The notes beneath the pieces are model-generated. The model saw only the letters and a program-made list of their open reading frames with translations. It was not told where the DNA came from and searched no databases. Of a stretch of DNA of 64,000 nucleotides, positions 48,737-59,102 are shown piece after piece. The position numbers and the translations under genes were made by a program. Source of the DNA: an uncultured Erysipelotrichaceae bacterium (GTDB lineage: Bacteria; Bacillota_I; Bacilli_A; RFN20; CAG-826); the NCBI GenBank assembly GCA_902777015.1, contig CACYSA010000006.1, positions 33,502 to 97,501 on the forward strand, read 5' to 3'. Every line of letters begins with the position of its first letter. The stretch's first letter is position 1.

Positions 48737-49747
48737 TTATCTATTTCCTTTCGTGCTAGTTGGTTCAGAAATATCGCTCACTAGCTCTTCTAAAACATCA
48801 TCCATTGTGACCATGCCAATGACACATTTATTCTTATCTCTTACAATAGCGATATGTGTATGGTGTTTTTTAAAGCCATTAAATAAATCATCAATCATAA
48901 TGTTTGATGAAACGAAATATGGCTTTTGCAGTTTGCTTTTAATAGAAACATTTGGGTTTCTTAAATAAGCACTTAAGTATGTCTTAATATGTAAAACACC
49001 GATGATGTTATCGATATTACCATCGTAAATTGGGATTCTAGAATAATTAGTATTGATAATAATTTGATGTAATTTTTCTTTATCTAATTCTCTAATATTA
49101 AGAGCGAAGATTTTATTTTTCGGTGTTAAAACTTCTTTAACATTTGTGTCCGCAAAATCTAAAGCGGATTGGATAATATCGCTTTGTTCTTCTTCTAAAA
49201 TGCCTTCATCAGATACTTTTTCCACGACATTTTCAAAGTCTTCTTCGTCAAATTCCACTTCTTCTTTGACTTTAAATGCTTTTTCAATACCTTTAGTTAA
49301 TAATTCAAATAATAAAGTAATTGGATAAACAAGCATCATTAAACCGAAGACTGGATAAACAAATACTTTAGAAATGGTATCAGGAATGCTTCTAGCAATT
49401 GTTTTTGGTAAAGCATCACCAAATATATAAATTAATAATGAGATTGTTAAGGAGGCTAAAAAGGCAATAAGATCAGAAGTATAATCGCTAAGAATGCGAG
49501 TAAAAAGAGCTGTACAGATAACTGAAGCAGCGATGCTGACGATATTACTTCCTATTAAAACCGTAATTAATGCACGATCATATTTTTCTTGAACCTTGAG
49601 CACTAATTTGGCGGATTTTTTACCTTCATCCGCTTCGACTTGCATCTTGAAGCGGTTTGCACATGCGAGTGCGGTTTCACCAGCGGAAAAGAAAAAGTGT
49701 GCTAATACACAAACAATAATGATTACCCACGACAGAGGTACATCCAT
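48737..49747 (-). CDS. CNNM/CorC-family transporter, tandem paralog
   Basis: Same architecture, shorter. Confidence 0.7.
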   Translation of the reverse strand: MDVPLSWVIIIVCVLAHFFFSAGETALACANRFKMQVEADEGKKSAKLVLKVQEKYDRALITVLIGSNIVSIAASVICTALFTRILSDYTSDLIAFLASLTISLLIYIFGDALPKTIARSIPDTISKVFVYPVFGLMMLVYPITLLFELLTKGIEKAFKVKEEVEFDEEDFENVVEKVSDEGILEEEQSDIIQSALDFADTNVKEVLTPKNKIFALNIRELDKEKLHQIIINTNYSRIPIYDGNIDNIIGVLHIKTYLSAYLRNPNVSIKSKLQKPYFVSSNIMIDDLFNGFKKHHTHIAIVRDKNKCVIGMVTMDDVLEELVSDISEPTSTKGNR

Positions 49748-49869
49748 TAATGAACCACTCCCTTTCTTTGCTGGTCGCAGTTAATAAATTTATCATACTT
49801 TATAGTCGTTGTGAAATGATTAAATAAAAAGGTATGCAAGCATACCTTAATATTTACACGAACGAATAA

Positions 49870-51396
49870 TTAGTCTTCTTGTGAGTCATCATCACTCACT
49901 GGCTCTTTCTTTAATTCTTCAACCCAGTCAGTATCACCAATGACACCTTGTTCAAAGCCATCTTTTTCCATTACAGTTTGAATGAGCTCTTTTGCTCTTC
50001 TCATTGATAAACCAGATTTGACTTTGAACACTAATGGGATATCAGCGTAAATGCCTTTATGACCAGCATTTTGCACTGGGATTGGTGAATCTTTATAATC
50101 ATCAGGATTTAAAGCGAAATAGAGTTTCAAACTTAAACCAGCGATAGTAATTTTCACATATGTTTTACGATGTAAACGGAAGGCATCACCAGAATTAGAG
50201 ACACGATCATTAACACCATATGAAAGAATTTCATTCTTTAATTCATTATAATTACGCTTCATTTCTTCATCAGCGTTAATCATTCTTGTTTGGAAAGGAA
50301 TACGGATAATCTTGTTCTTTTCAGCTTGAGATTCTTCCACTGCTGGACTTTCTTCTTTAACAAGAGTAGGTTCTTCAACCTTTTCTTCTTCTGGAACAAT
50401 GATATATTCAGGAGCTTTATCTTCTTTAGGAACGATATTATCGTGAACCTTGACTTCATCACTTGGTTTAACTTCAGCGACTGGTTCTTGTTTATTATTT
50501 TCCTTAGGAAGAGGTTCTTCTTTAACTTCCTCTTTCTTGATTTCATTTTGAGGAACAGTTTGACTAATTGGTGCTGTACCAAAATATTGAACCACTAATG
50601 GGCCTTGAGGATATGGATTATTAGCGGATTGGCGGGAGACTTCGTCTCTAACGATATCTCTAATCAATTGAGCCAAATCTTTCTTTGAAAGAGTGTCTTC
50701 TTTTTCCTCATTATATTCGTATGGTTGTTCCTCTTTTGGTTCTTCTAAAAGAGGAGCAGACTTCACAATTGGCTTTTCTTCTTTTTTAGGTTCTTCAATA
50801 ACAACTTTCTTCTCTTCTTGTAGAAGTTCTTCTTTAACAGGTTCTTCAACTTGAGAATTACGGTATGTGTCAATGACACAAACGAAATATAAAACAAAGG
50901 CTAAAATAATATAGATAAGTGAGAAAACAATAGTAAATAAAGTAAATAATAAAAGCCCTGGATTATTATCATATGGAGCACGTGTATTAACTATGAGCCA
51001 ATATTGTGGTATTCCAGTAGCGGTAAACATGAAGACAAATAGACTCAAGAGTGTCGCTACTAAACCATAAGCGATAGTCGCACGTTTTCTTTTAACAGCA
51101 TTAATAACACCAACAATTAAAAAGGCAACCCATAAAACAATGCCGATATATAATAAACAGCTCAAATTGAAATAGATGATATTTGAAGCATCATTTAATT
51201 TAAAAGTGAATAAACCCTTTAAACCATCGACATGATATTGCATTAAAGCGGCAAAATCTTTGATTTGATGGTTATGTGATAAGCCAATAAAGGCACCCAC
51301 TAAAAGGAAAGAAACAAGAAAAATAGCAAAGCAAACAATTGTAGCGATTAAAAGACCAATAAACCCTTTACCAGGTTTTCTTTTTGCTAAATTCAT
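49870..51396 (-). CDS. Membrane protein with a long Glu/Lys/Pro-rich linker and a C-terminal globular domain
   Basis: Five N-terminal TM helices, then low-complexity EEPKKEEK repeats. The internal ORFs 50280..50582 and 50290..50598 are artefacts of this region. Confidence 0.4.
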   Translation of the reverse strand: MNLAKRKPGKGFIGLLIATIVCFAIFLVSFLLVGAFIGLSHNHQIKDFAALMQYHVDGLKGLFTFKLNDASNIIYFNLSCLLYIGIVLWVAFLIVGVINAVKRKRATIAYGLVATLLSLFVFMFTATGIPQYWLIVNTRAPYDNNPGLLLFTLFTIVFSLIYIILAFVLYFVCVIDTYRNSQVEEPVKEELLQEEKKVVIEEPKKEEKPIVKSAPLLEEPKEEQPYEYNEEKEDTLSKKDLAQLIRDIVRDEVSRQSANNPYPQGPLVVQYFGTAPISQTVPQNEIKKEEVKEEPLPKENNKQEPVAEVKPSDEVKVHDNIVPKEDKAPEYIIVPEEEKVEEPTLVKEESPAVEESQAEKNKIIRIPFQTRMINADEEMKRNYNELKNEILSYGVNDRVSNSGDAFRLHRKTYVKITIAGLSLKLYFALNPDDYKDSPIPVQNAGHKGIYADIPLVFKVKSGLSMRRAKELIQTVMEKDGFEQGVIGDTDWVEELKKEPVSDDDSQED

Positions 51397-51503
51397 AGGT
51401 TTCTCCTTACCCTTTTACTCTCTATTACTATATTATGCGCACGCACATTAGGCAACAATAAAAAACACAAAAAGACAGCAAAAGTCCATTTTTTGACTAT
51501 GTT

Positions 51504-52895
51504 TTACATAGTTTTTTGTTCCTCGATGGCAAATTCATCAACATGATTTCTAATCGAATCTGGATATGATTGATAGAGTTCAATAAAGGCATCAATAATC
51601 TTAGGATCCCACTGTTTACCTCGATATGTGAGTAACTCATTAAGAGCACTGCTATCTGGTAAAGCTTTACGATAACTACGATCACTTGTCATTGCGTCAA
51701 AAGAATCACAAACAGCGACAATTCTCGCTGCGAATGGAATCTCTTCGCCTTTAAGTTTATCTGGATAGCCATTACCATCATATCTTTCATGATGGCTTCT
51801 AGCGACTTCTTCAAATACTTTGTAATGTTTAATACCTTTAAGAATATTACTACCTAAAGATGGGTGAGATTTAATAACTTCAAATTCATCATCACTTAAT
51901 TTGCCTGGCTTTCTTAAAATGGTTTCTGAAATACCAATTTTACCAACGTCATGGATTAAACCCGCGAAATAGATCTTTTCACATTCGCCAGCGCTTAAGC
52001 CTAATTTCTCCGCTAAAGCTTTAGCGTATGCTGCCACTCTAAATGAGTGACCTTTTGTGTAATGGTCTTTAGTGTCAACCACTTCCGCTAAGGAAGATAA
52101 TGTTTCTAATGTTAATTCTTCATATGATTGCTTTTCATCATCAAGCTCTTTAGTACGGTTTTGAACTTGTATCTCCAAAGAGGCCTTAAGTTCGTTTAAT
52201 TCATATAACGTCTCCATTAATTTTGCATAATCAGGCGATTCAATGGAGAAGAAAATGATTAAAGCACCAATGGATGTAGCGAAGTCTGATAATAAAATAT
52301 TTGGAAAGAAATAAACTTGAATGATGTATGAAGCAAAGAATATCGCGTAGAATATCCCAGCGCATATTCTTTGTTTAATATTTGAATATTTATATCTCAC
52401 GAAGAAGAAGATAATTGATTCAACGACATATAAAAGTGAAACGGCATTAACAAATAAATAAATTGGGCCACGTGTATAAACACCATCAACAAATGTAAAG
52501 AAGATGCCGGTAAAGCCATTGACCACTAATAAAGCGCCATCAATGAAGAATAGACCTAAATTAATAATGGTAAATATCTTAAATAAACGGTTCTTTAGAT
52601 CTTTAAAATAAAGAATCGACAAGATGTAATAAAGGAACAACCCTGCAGTAGCATTACTAGCAGCGAAATAAATACCATTTAATGTGTAACTTATCCATAA
52701 CGGAAAATTAGCGGCATATTTATTTGTGAACACCGTTAAGATGTTCATCGCATACATCACTAATGTCGCCACTAAAAAGATTTTGAATCTTCTGTTCAAG
52801 AGGTTTGTTGACGAATAATTCAAAATTAATATGGTGACTAAAATCGCCCCGATTATAACAGCGGCGACACTGTACGATATGTTATATTCCATCAC
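51504..52895 (-). CDS. Membrane-anchored HD-GYP phosphodiesterase
   Basis: Polytopic N-terminus, coiled segment, HD-GYP with HHERYDGNGYP. Confidence 0.75.
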   Translation of the reverse strand: MMEYNISYSVAAVIIGAILVTILILNYSSTNLLNRRFKIFLVATLVMYAMNILTVFTNKYAANFPLWISYTLNGIYFAASNATAGLFLYYILSILYFKDLKNRLFKIFTIINLGLFFIDGALLVVNGFTGIFFTFVDGVYTRGPIYLFVNAVSLLYVVESIIFFFVRYKYSNIKQRICAGIFYAIFFASYIIQVYFFPNILLSDFATSIGALIIFFSIESPDYAKLMETLYELNELKASLEIQVQNRTKELDDEKQSYEELTLETLSSLAEVVDTKDHYTKGHSFRVAAYAKALAEKLGLSAGECEKIYFAGLIHDVGKIGISETILRKPGKLSDDEFEVIKSHPSLGSNILKGIKHYKVFEEVARSHHERYDGNGYPDKLKGEEIPFAARIVAVCDSFDAMTSDRSYRKALPDSSALNELLTYRGKQWDPKIIDAFIELYQSYPDSIRNHVDEFAIEEQKTM

Positions 52896-53001
52896 AAATA
52901 TTGTATTACAAAACGATGAAATCGCAACAAAACATATAATGTTTAAAATGTATAAATCGAGTTTTTTAAGTAATTATCAAAATAATTTTCTATCACTTTT
53001 T

Positions 53002-53811
53002 TTAGAATTGAATACAGTCTAAAGCGAGCATGATAACAAAGCCAACGATGAATGACCAAACACCAAAATGGTCATGACCTTCACTAGTCATTTCTGGAAT
53101 CATTTCTTCGGCCACAACATAGATCATACAACCGGCAGCAAAGGCTAATGCCCATGGCATAATGCCTTGAATTTGCATCGCTAAGAATAGACCGATTACG
53201 GCGGCAATTGGTTCAACGATGCCAGACATCATACCGAATATAAAAGCTTTAAAAGAAGAACCTGTTTCCCCTTTGATTGGAAGAGAAACAACTGCACCTT
53301 CTGGGATATTTTGAATACCAATACCAACTGCGAGTAATAATGCACCCACTAATAAAGCAGCATTATCAGGTTGAGATAAAGCAACACCAAAAGCAATACC
53401 AACAGATAAACCTTCTGGGACGTTATGGATTGTAACCGCTAAGAACATCTTTGATGTCTTAGACATTCTTTTAGTGGATAAACCTTCTTCTTTATTTTCA
53501 TTGCTATGAAAGTGTGGAACAATCTTATCAATTAGCCATAAGAATCCCGCACCTAAAACAATAGAGATCACCACTATTAGCCAAGTAGGCATATAAGTAG
53601 CGTTAGCTTCAAGAGCAGGTTTAATTAATGAGAAAAATGAAGCAGAAAACATCACACCTGCGGCAAAGCCTGTAAATATTTTATTTAATCTTGGTGAAAT
53701 ATCTTTTTTACGAACAAAGAATACAAATAATGCACCTAATGTAGTGCAAAGGAAGATAAGAGAAATACCAATTAACGGATAAGCAAATGTTGGCATATTA
53801 GTCACCTCCAC
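53002..53811 (-). CDS. ZIP-family zinc/metal transporter
   Basis: Eight TM helices with HNVPEGLSVG and a second HN..EG motif. Confidence 0.7.
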   Translation of the reverse strand: MEVTNMPTFAYPLIGISLIFLCTTLGALFVFFVRKKDISPRLNKIFTGFAAGVMFSASFFSLIKPALEANATYMPTWLIVVISIVLGAGFLWLIDKIVPHFHSNENKEEGLSTKRMSKTSKMFLAVTIHNVPEGLSVGIAFGVALSQPDNAALLVGALLLAVGIGIQNIPEGAVVSLPIKGETGSSFKAFIFGMMSGIVEPIAAVIGLFLAMQIQGIMPWALAFAAGCMIYVVAEEMIPEMTSEGHDHFGVWSFIVGFVIMLALDCIQF

Positions 53812-54050
53812 CCAAATAGTTTTTTAATGGCGGCTGTCCTTTCAAAAGAAGTAATTCGGTAGCCAGTATCTTTAAGAGCGTTACTAAAATCATCTTCACA
53901 CAAATTGTTCTCAGTAAAAACAACTAAATTATTTTTGATATGTGAAGCTTTGGCTTTTTTGACGTTAATTGCTTTTCTAATCGCTTCTTCAACATGCATT
54001 TCACACATGCCGCATCCCATACCATCAATACCTAAGATGTACTTATTCAT
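53802..54050 (-). CDS. Small heavy-metal-associated (HMA-like) metal-binding protein
   Basis: GIDGMGCGMCEMHVE matches the GMxCxxC ferredoxin-like HMA motif. Overlaps the ZIP gene start. Confidence 0.45.
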   Translation of the reverse strand: MNKYILGIDGMGCGMCEMHVEEAIRKAINVKKAKASHIKNNLVVFTENNLCEDDFSNALKDTGYRITSFERTAAIKKLFGWR

Positions 54051-54367
54051 AACACTACTTCCTTTCTAATAGTCTGGGAAGAGTGGCCATTTGGTTATTT
54101 TGTTTTTAATAGGAGAAACATTACTTATAAAGCATTGGCTAAGATACTTTATAGTTTTTTTGCTGGATTACTTTTTAATGGCCACTTCTTCCATTTTGAT
54201 AATTAATACTAAGTATTAACTTCATAGGTTAGTCATAACTAACTAACCTTTCATGAAGCATTATATCATGTGATTTATAGATGTGTTAACAAAACGATTA
54301 TTTTTTTACAAATAACAAAAAAGAGGATCGATACGATTTATCAATCCTCTAAGTTTTCTTCTCCTAA

Positions 54368-55612
54368 TTAGTTATTTGGAACAATGATGCTAAGAGCGTC
54401 GTCACCAGAGACAACTTCTGGTAATTTGCCATCCCATTTTTCTAAGTAGGCAAGATATTGTAAGTAATCTTCCACTAGTTTCTTAAAGTTATCAGCGCCT
54501 GGACCTGTGGTGACATCAATGACGTATTTGGTGCCTAAGAAGATAACTGTTTCGCTTTCTGCTTGTTTAATTGCGAATGTTTGTTCAACACCATTGACTG
54601 AGTAGATATATGCTTCATGCACTGTGTAACCGATTGTCTTAGCGAGTTCGATGACTTTGTAAGTGGCAGCTTCCGCGGTTGCTTGAGCGATAATCTTTTG
54701 TGCTTCAGCATTACCTTTAGCTTCTTCGATCTTCTTTTGTGCTTCAAGTTTAGCAACTTCTAATTGTGCTTCCGCTCTAGTGATTGCGGCTTGTTTATCT
54801 TGTTCCGCCACCACTTTGTCTTCGACTGATTTTTCAAATTCATCTGTGAAGTCAATGTTTGTTAAGATGACATCTTGAACGTTGACATAGTAGTCTGGGC
54901 CGATAGCGTTTCTCACTGTCATAGAGACGAGTTCAGAATATGTTTGTCTATCTTGAATGATGGTCATCGCTTCAGCGGATGACATGACTGCTTTGGTTTT
55001 TTCGATGGTTTGAGTTTCAATACGTGATTGTAATGAAGATAAGGTCACATATTTACCCGCAATACCTTCTGATTGAAGGATGTTGCCATTATCGTCTTTG
55101 ACGATGAGTTTCTCCATTTGAATTTGGTATTGGAGATAGACTTCTAAGGACATGGTTTGACCATCTTTAGAATAGGCTGATGTGTTGATTTTGACTTGCT
55201 GAACTGTCGCATCATAGACTTCATAGCTTCTGGTCATATAGAAGTCGAAGTATGTGCCAGGTTTTCTCACATCAACGATTTTACCAAGTTCTTTAACGAC
55301 AGCGACTGTGCCCGCTTCGACTTGGTGGAATGAACCTGGGATAATGAAGCTCATGATACCAACTACCGCAATAGCAACAGCGAGTAATGGGACAATGAGT
55401 TTGTTTGGTTTTTTCGCTTCGACATAACCTTTCTTATCTTTAATGCTCCTTTTGGAAAGGATGAAGATAATTGCGCCCAATAAGGCAAAGATGATGATGA
55501 CGAATACGACTGTAAGAATTGTTTTGATCATAGTAGTTTTTCCTCCTGCAACATAAATATACATAAAAATACACATAAAAACAATTAAAATCGAAAAAAT
55601 CGAATATAACAT
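54368..55612 (-). CDS. SPFH/band-7 (prohibitin/stomatin-like) membrane protein
   Basis: N-terminal TM helices, SPFH domain and an Ala/Glu-rich coiled-coil. Confidence 0.65.
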   Translation of the reverse strand: MLYSIFSILIVFMCIFMYIYVAGGKTTMIKTILTVVFVIIIFALLGAIIFILSKRSIKDKKGYVEAKKPNKLIVPLLAVAIAVVGIMSFIIPGSFHQVEAGTVAVVKELGKIVDVRKPGTYFDFYMTRSYEVYDATVQQVKINTSAYSKDGQTMSLEVYLQYQIQMEKLIVKDDNGNILQSEGIAGKYVTLSSLQSRIETQTIEKTKAVMSSAEAMTIIQDRQTYSELVSMTVRNAIGPDYYVNVQDVILTNIDFTDEFEKSVEDKVVAEQDKQAAITRAEAQLEVAKLEAQKKIEEAKGNAEAQKIIAQATAEAATYKVIELAKTIGYTVHEAYIYSVNGVEQTFAIKQAESETVIFLGTKYVIDVTTGPGADNFKKLVEDYLQYLAYLEKWDGKLPEVVSGDDALSIIVPNN

Positions 55613-55708
55613 GGAAAAAAAGCATCAGAGTCCATTCAAAAACGCATCAGAGTCATAAAAAAGAATCACTGTTCGTGATCCTTATATTATCCTTAATTAT
55701 TTTATTTA

Positions 55709-55984
55709 TTATAGGACGTCTTTGTATTCTTCATTATTGAACATCATCTTTTGAGCGTAAGAACAAATTGGAACAATCTTCTTTCCTCTTTTTCTTGCTT
55801 CATCAATAATGCATTTCACTAATAGTTTAGCGATACCTCTTCCACCATATTCTGGACGAACGCCAGTATGAACGATATGCCATTTGTCATCTTTAATTTC
55901 AAACTGACATTCACCCGCTTGAACTTGGTCTATATAGGCTAATGATTGGTTATTTGCTTCATCGAAAATAATGTTAATATCCAT
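55709..55984 (-). CDS. Small GNAT-like acetyltransferase
   Basis: EYGGRGIAKLL motif. Confidence 0.55.
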   Translation of the reverse strand: MDINIIFDEANNQSLAYIDQVQAGECQFEIKDDKWHIVHTGVRPEYGGRGIAKLLVKCIIDEARKRGKKIVPICSYAQKMMFNNEEYKDVL

Positions 55985-56017
55985 ATAATTAATCTTCCTA
56001 ATCGCATTATGCGATAT

Positions 56018-56800
56018 TTAGTTACCACATTCAATGGAGATTTCATTAAATGTCTTTAATAAATCATCAACATTGACGTTTTCTTTTTCTTTATCACTCT
56101 TATCAATGATAATTGTTCCTTGGTTAAACATTAATAAGCGATTTCCATATTCAATAGCGTAACGAAGATTATGTGTCACCATTAAAGTGGTAATGTGTTT
56201 TTCTTTAATGATACGATTAGTGAGTTTCATGATTTCTTCACTAGTCTTAGGATCTAAAGCAGCGGTATGTTCATCTAAAAGTAAAATATCCACTGGTTGC
56301 ATTGTCGCCATTAATAAGGCTAAAGCTTGTCTTTGACCACCTGAAAGTCTTTTCACTTTAGTGTTCATCTTATCTTCTAAACCCATATTAAGAGATTTAA
56401 GTAGTTCTTGATATTCCGCTTTTTTCTTTTTGTTAAAGGCGAAAGATAAACCATAGTAATGACCCTTATTGTCCGCTAAAGCGAGATTTTCTAAAACTGT
56501 TAAGTTTGGTGATGTGCCTAAAGCGGGGTCTTGATAGACACGAGCGATTCTTCTCGCTCTTAAATATTCTTTCATCTTGTTGATGTTTTCATCTTTTAAA
56601 CAAACATCACCACCATCAATTGGTGTTGAACCACTGATGATATTTAGAATAGTTGTTTTACCAGAACCATTACTACCAACAATAGAAACAAATTCGCCTT
56701 CTTTAATATCTAAATTAAAGTCAGTGAATAAGGCCATTTCATCAATTGTGCCTTTATTAAAGCTTTTATAAATACCTTTTAAAGAGAGGAGGTTAGACAT
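56018..56800 (-). CDS. ABC transporter ATP-binding protein (COG1101-type)
   Basis: Walker A GSNGSGKTT, signature LSGGQRQ and Walker B LLLDE. Confidence 0.75.
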   Translation of the reverse strand: MSNLLSLKGIYKSFNKGTIDEMALFTDFNLDIKEGEFVSIVGSNGSGKTTILNIISGSTPIDGGDVCLKDENINKMKEYLRARRIARVYQDPALGTSPNLTVLENLALADNKGHYYGLSFAFNKKKKAEYQELLKSLNMGLEDKMNTKVKRLSGGQRQALALLMATMQPVDILLLDEHTAALDPKTSEEIMKLTNRIIKEKHITTLMVTHNLRYAIEYGNRLLMFNQGTIIIDKSDKEKENVNVDDLLKTFNEISIECGN

Positions 56801-57707
56801 GTTTTTCTCCTTTCTTAATCTTTTTATCCCTAGAGAAGAAATAATAATTCAAGATTAATATCACCAAGAAAGATAACGCCATCACGAGTTTTAAGTAGAT
56901 TGTTGGTACACCTAACGCAATGATGACATTTAATACCGCTGTATAAATAAGAGCACCCACTATTGCAGCGGTTGTCCCTTTAACAAATTTCACATGTTTA
57001 AAGATGGCTGTACCAATAATGACACTCGCTAAAGCGATAACGACCATGCCTGTACCAGAAGTGTTATCAAAATAATTCATATATTGACTATAAATAGCAC
57101 CCGCTAAAGCGACTAACCCATTAGCGAGGCATAAGCCAAATATCTTATAAAACCCACTATTGGAACCTAAAGAGATTCCCATTTGTTCGTTATCACCAAC
57201 CGCTCTTAACATATATCCTCTTTTGGTTTTAAAGAATAAATCCATTAAGACTTTAATAACAATCACAATGACTAATAGGATAATGATATTTGCTAAAGCA
57301 ATTAATGATAAATTATCACCAAATAATTTAGTAAAAGCGTTATTAAACAGTGTGGTTTTATCGCCATAAGGAATTAAAGTTCTACCTTGAGCAACGGCAA
57401 GATTAATTGATAATAATGCAGTCATGGTAATAATACCTGATAATAATGGGCTGATTTTAAATTTCACATGTAAGAAACCAGTAATAAAACCAGTTAATGC
57501 ACCTGAAATGAAAGCCACAATTAGGGCGATAATAAATGGCACACCAACTTGAATTAAACCAATGCACACTACTGCGCCTAAAGGAAATGAACTATCCACT
57601 GTTAAATCAGGGAAGTTTAATATCTTATAGCTGATATAAACCCCTAATGCCACAATGGCGTAGCATAAGCCTTGTTGCAAGATGTTGAAAATAATATTTA
57701 ATGGCAT
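56793..57707 (-). CDS. ABC transporter permease (COG4120-type)
   Basis: Eight to nine TM helices. Coupled to the ATPase and binding protein. Confidence 0.65.
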   Translation of the reverse strand: MPLNIIFNILQQGLCYAIVALGVYISYKILNFPDLTVDSSFPLGAVVCIGLIQVGVPFIIALIVAFISGALTGFITGFLHVKFKISPLLSGIITMTALLSINLAVAQGRTLIPYGDKTTLFNNAFTKLFGDNLSLIALANIIILLVIVIVIKVLMDLFFKTKRGYMLRAVGDNEQMGISLGSNSGFYKIFGLCLANGLVALAGAIYSQYMNYFDNTSGTGMVVIALASVIIGTAIFKHVKFVKGTTAAIVGALIYTAVLNVIIALGVPTIYLKLVMALSFLVILILNYYFFSRDKKIKKGEKHV

Positions 57708-57708
57708 A

Positions 57709-58662
57709 TTAGTCCACGTTTCTCATTTCTATTTCTGGAACTTTGATATCTAATTGCTTAGCGACTTTATCGGAATAGCAATTGAAACTATCATCGATTT
57801 TAATAGCGATATCATTGCTGGCTTTAGCTTCACCTTTTAAGACTTTAGCCATGATGGTACCGGTTTTCTCACCTAAAGCGACATAGTCTAAAGAAGCGCT
57901 AGCTAAGCAACCGCCTTTTACTTGATCGATTTCACTACCGAACACTGGTATCTTTTTAGCGTTTGTTTTGCTTAAGATGACATCTAACGCACCAACGACT
58001 GTGTTGTCTGTTAAATTAGTTAAACAATCGACACCTTTATTTAATAAAGTATCTGTCGCTGTTGGGATTTCACTAGCGTTAGTAATGGATTGGCGAACGA
58101 TTTCAATATTTAACGCTTTAGCTTTGCTATCTAATGTTTCAATTTGGCTAATGGAATTGGCTTCGCCAAGGGTGTATAAAACACCAATTTTACCAACGGT
58201 TGGAATAAATGATTTGATTAATGATAATTGGCTATCGAAATCTAATAAGTCACTAGAACCTGTGACATTATTCATTTCTGTTAAGCCAGCTGCTTTTGGA
58301 TCACTAACGGCACAATAGATAACAGGAATTGTGCCTTTAGCTGCACTAGCCGCTGCCATAGCGCTTGGTGTAGCAATTGCACCGATGATGCTAGCTTTCT
58401 TACTAACGAATGTATTAGCTTGCGCTGCACTACTAGCGGCATCAAAGTTACTGTTTTGTCTATCGATAAAATATTCATCGAATGTTTCTTTTAATTCGTC
58501 TTTTAAACCTTTAATCATGCCGTTATAGCAATCATTTAATGATTCGTGTGTACCGAATTGAATGATACCAATTGTCTTTTTATTTGAATTACATGCACTG
58601 AATGATAATGCACTAGCGGTTAAAGCGATTGAGGTTAAGATTGTTTTTAATAGTTTTTTCAT
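57709..58662 (-). CDS. ABC transporter substrate-binding lipoprotein (COG2984-type)
   Basis: Lipobox LSFSACNSN. Periplasmic binding fold. Confidence 0.65.
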   Translation of the reverse strand: MKKLLKTILTSIALTASALSFSACNSNKKTIGIIQFGTHESLNDCYNGMIKGLKDELKETFDEYFIDRQNSNFDAASSAAQANTFVSKKASIIGAIATPSAMAAASAAKGTIPVIYCAVSDPKAAGLTEMNNVTGSSDLLDFDSQLSLIKSFIPTVGKIGVLYTLGEANSISQIETLDSKAKALNIEIVRQSITNASEIPTATDTLLNKGVDCLTNLTDNTVVGALDVILSKTNAKKIPVFGSEIDQVKGGCLASASLDYVALGEKTGTIMAKVLKGEAKASNDIAIKIDDSFNCYSDKVAKQLDIKVPEIEMRNVD

Positions 58663-59102
58663 TTTAAATATCCTTCTTTCTTAAAAATTGTTTCATGTGG
58701 AAAATAGACATTAGTCTCTATGCCTTCACCATCGAAATTCTTTTTTTAAGTTTTGGATCATTTTCTTTACTCCTATTAAACAAAAAAGCTTTTTCCCAAA
58801 AGGATAAAAGCTTAAAAATCTTTTACTATGCCACCTTAATGGGTTTCGTGTACTAACATACACTCGCTTCTACGTGACTATTCTGTTACACCAACCCAGA
58901 ACTCTCTATAAGCCACCTTTAGAAGTTACTATTCCACTTCATCGGTTTATATGTATAACTGATTATCGCTACTTTTTATTTAATTTGTCAATACAATTTG
59001 TGCTTAAAAGTGCTTATATTATATTGGTCTTAAAAAAATATTCTATAAATGATACTGATTTGTTATATTTATATAAGTATTTATCTGGAAGGGGAGTTCT
59101 AG

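Noticed and set aside
50280-50598. Overlapping ORFs 50280..50582 (-) and 50290..50598 (+)
   Set aside because: They lie within the low-complexity EK-rich coding repeat of the 508-aa membrane protein and are frame artefacts.
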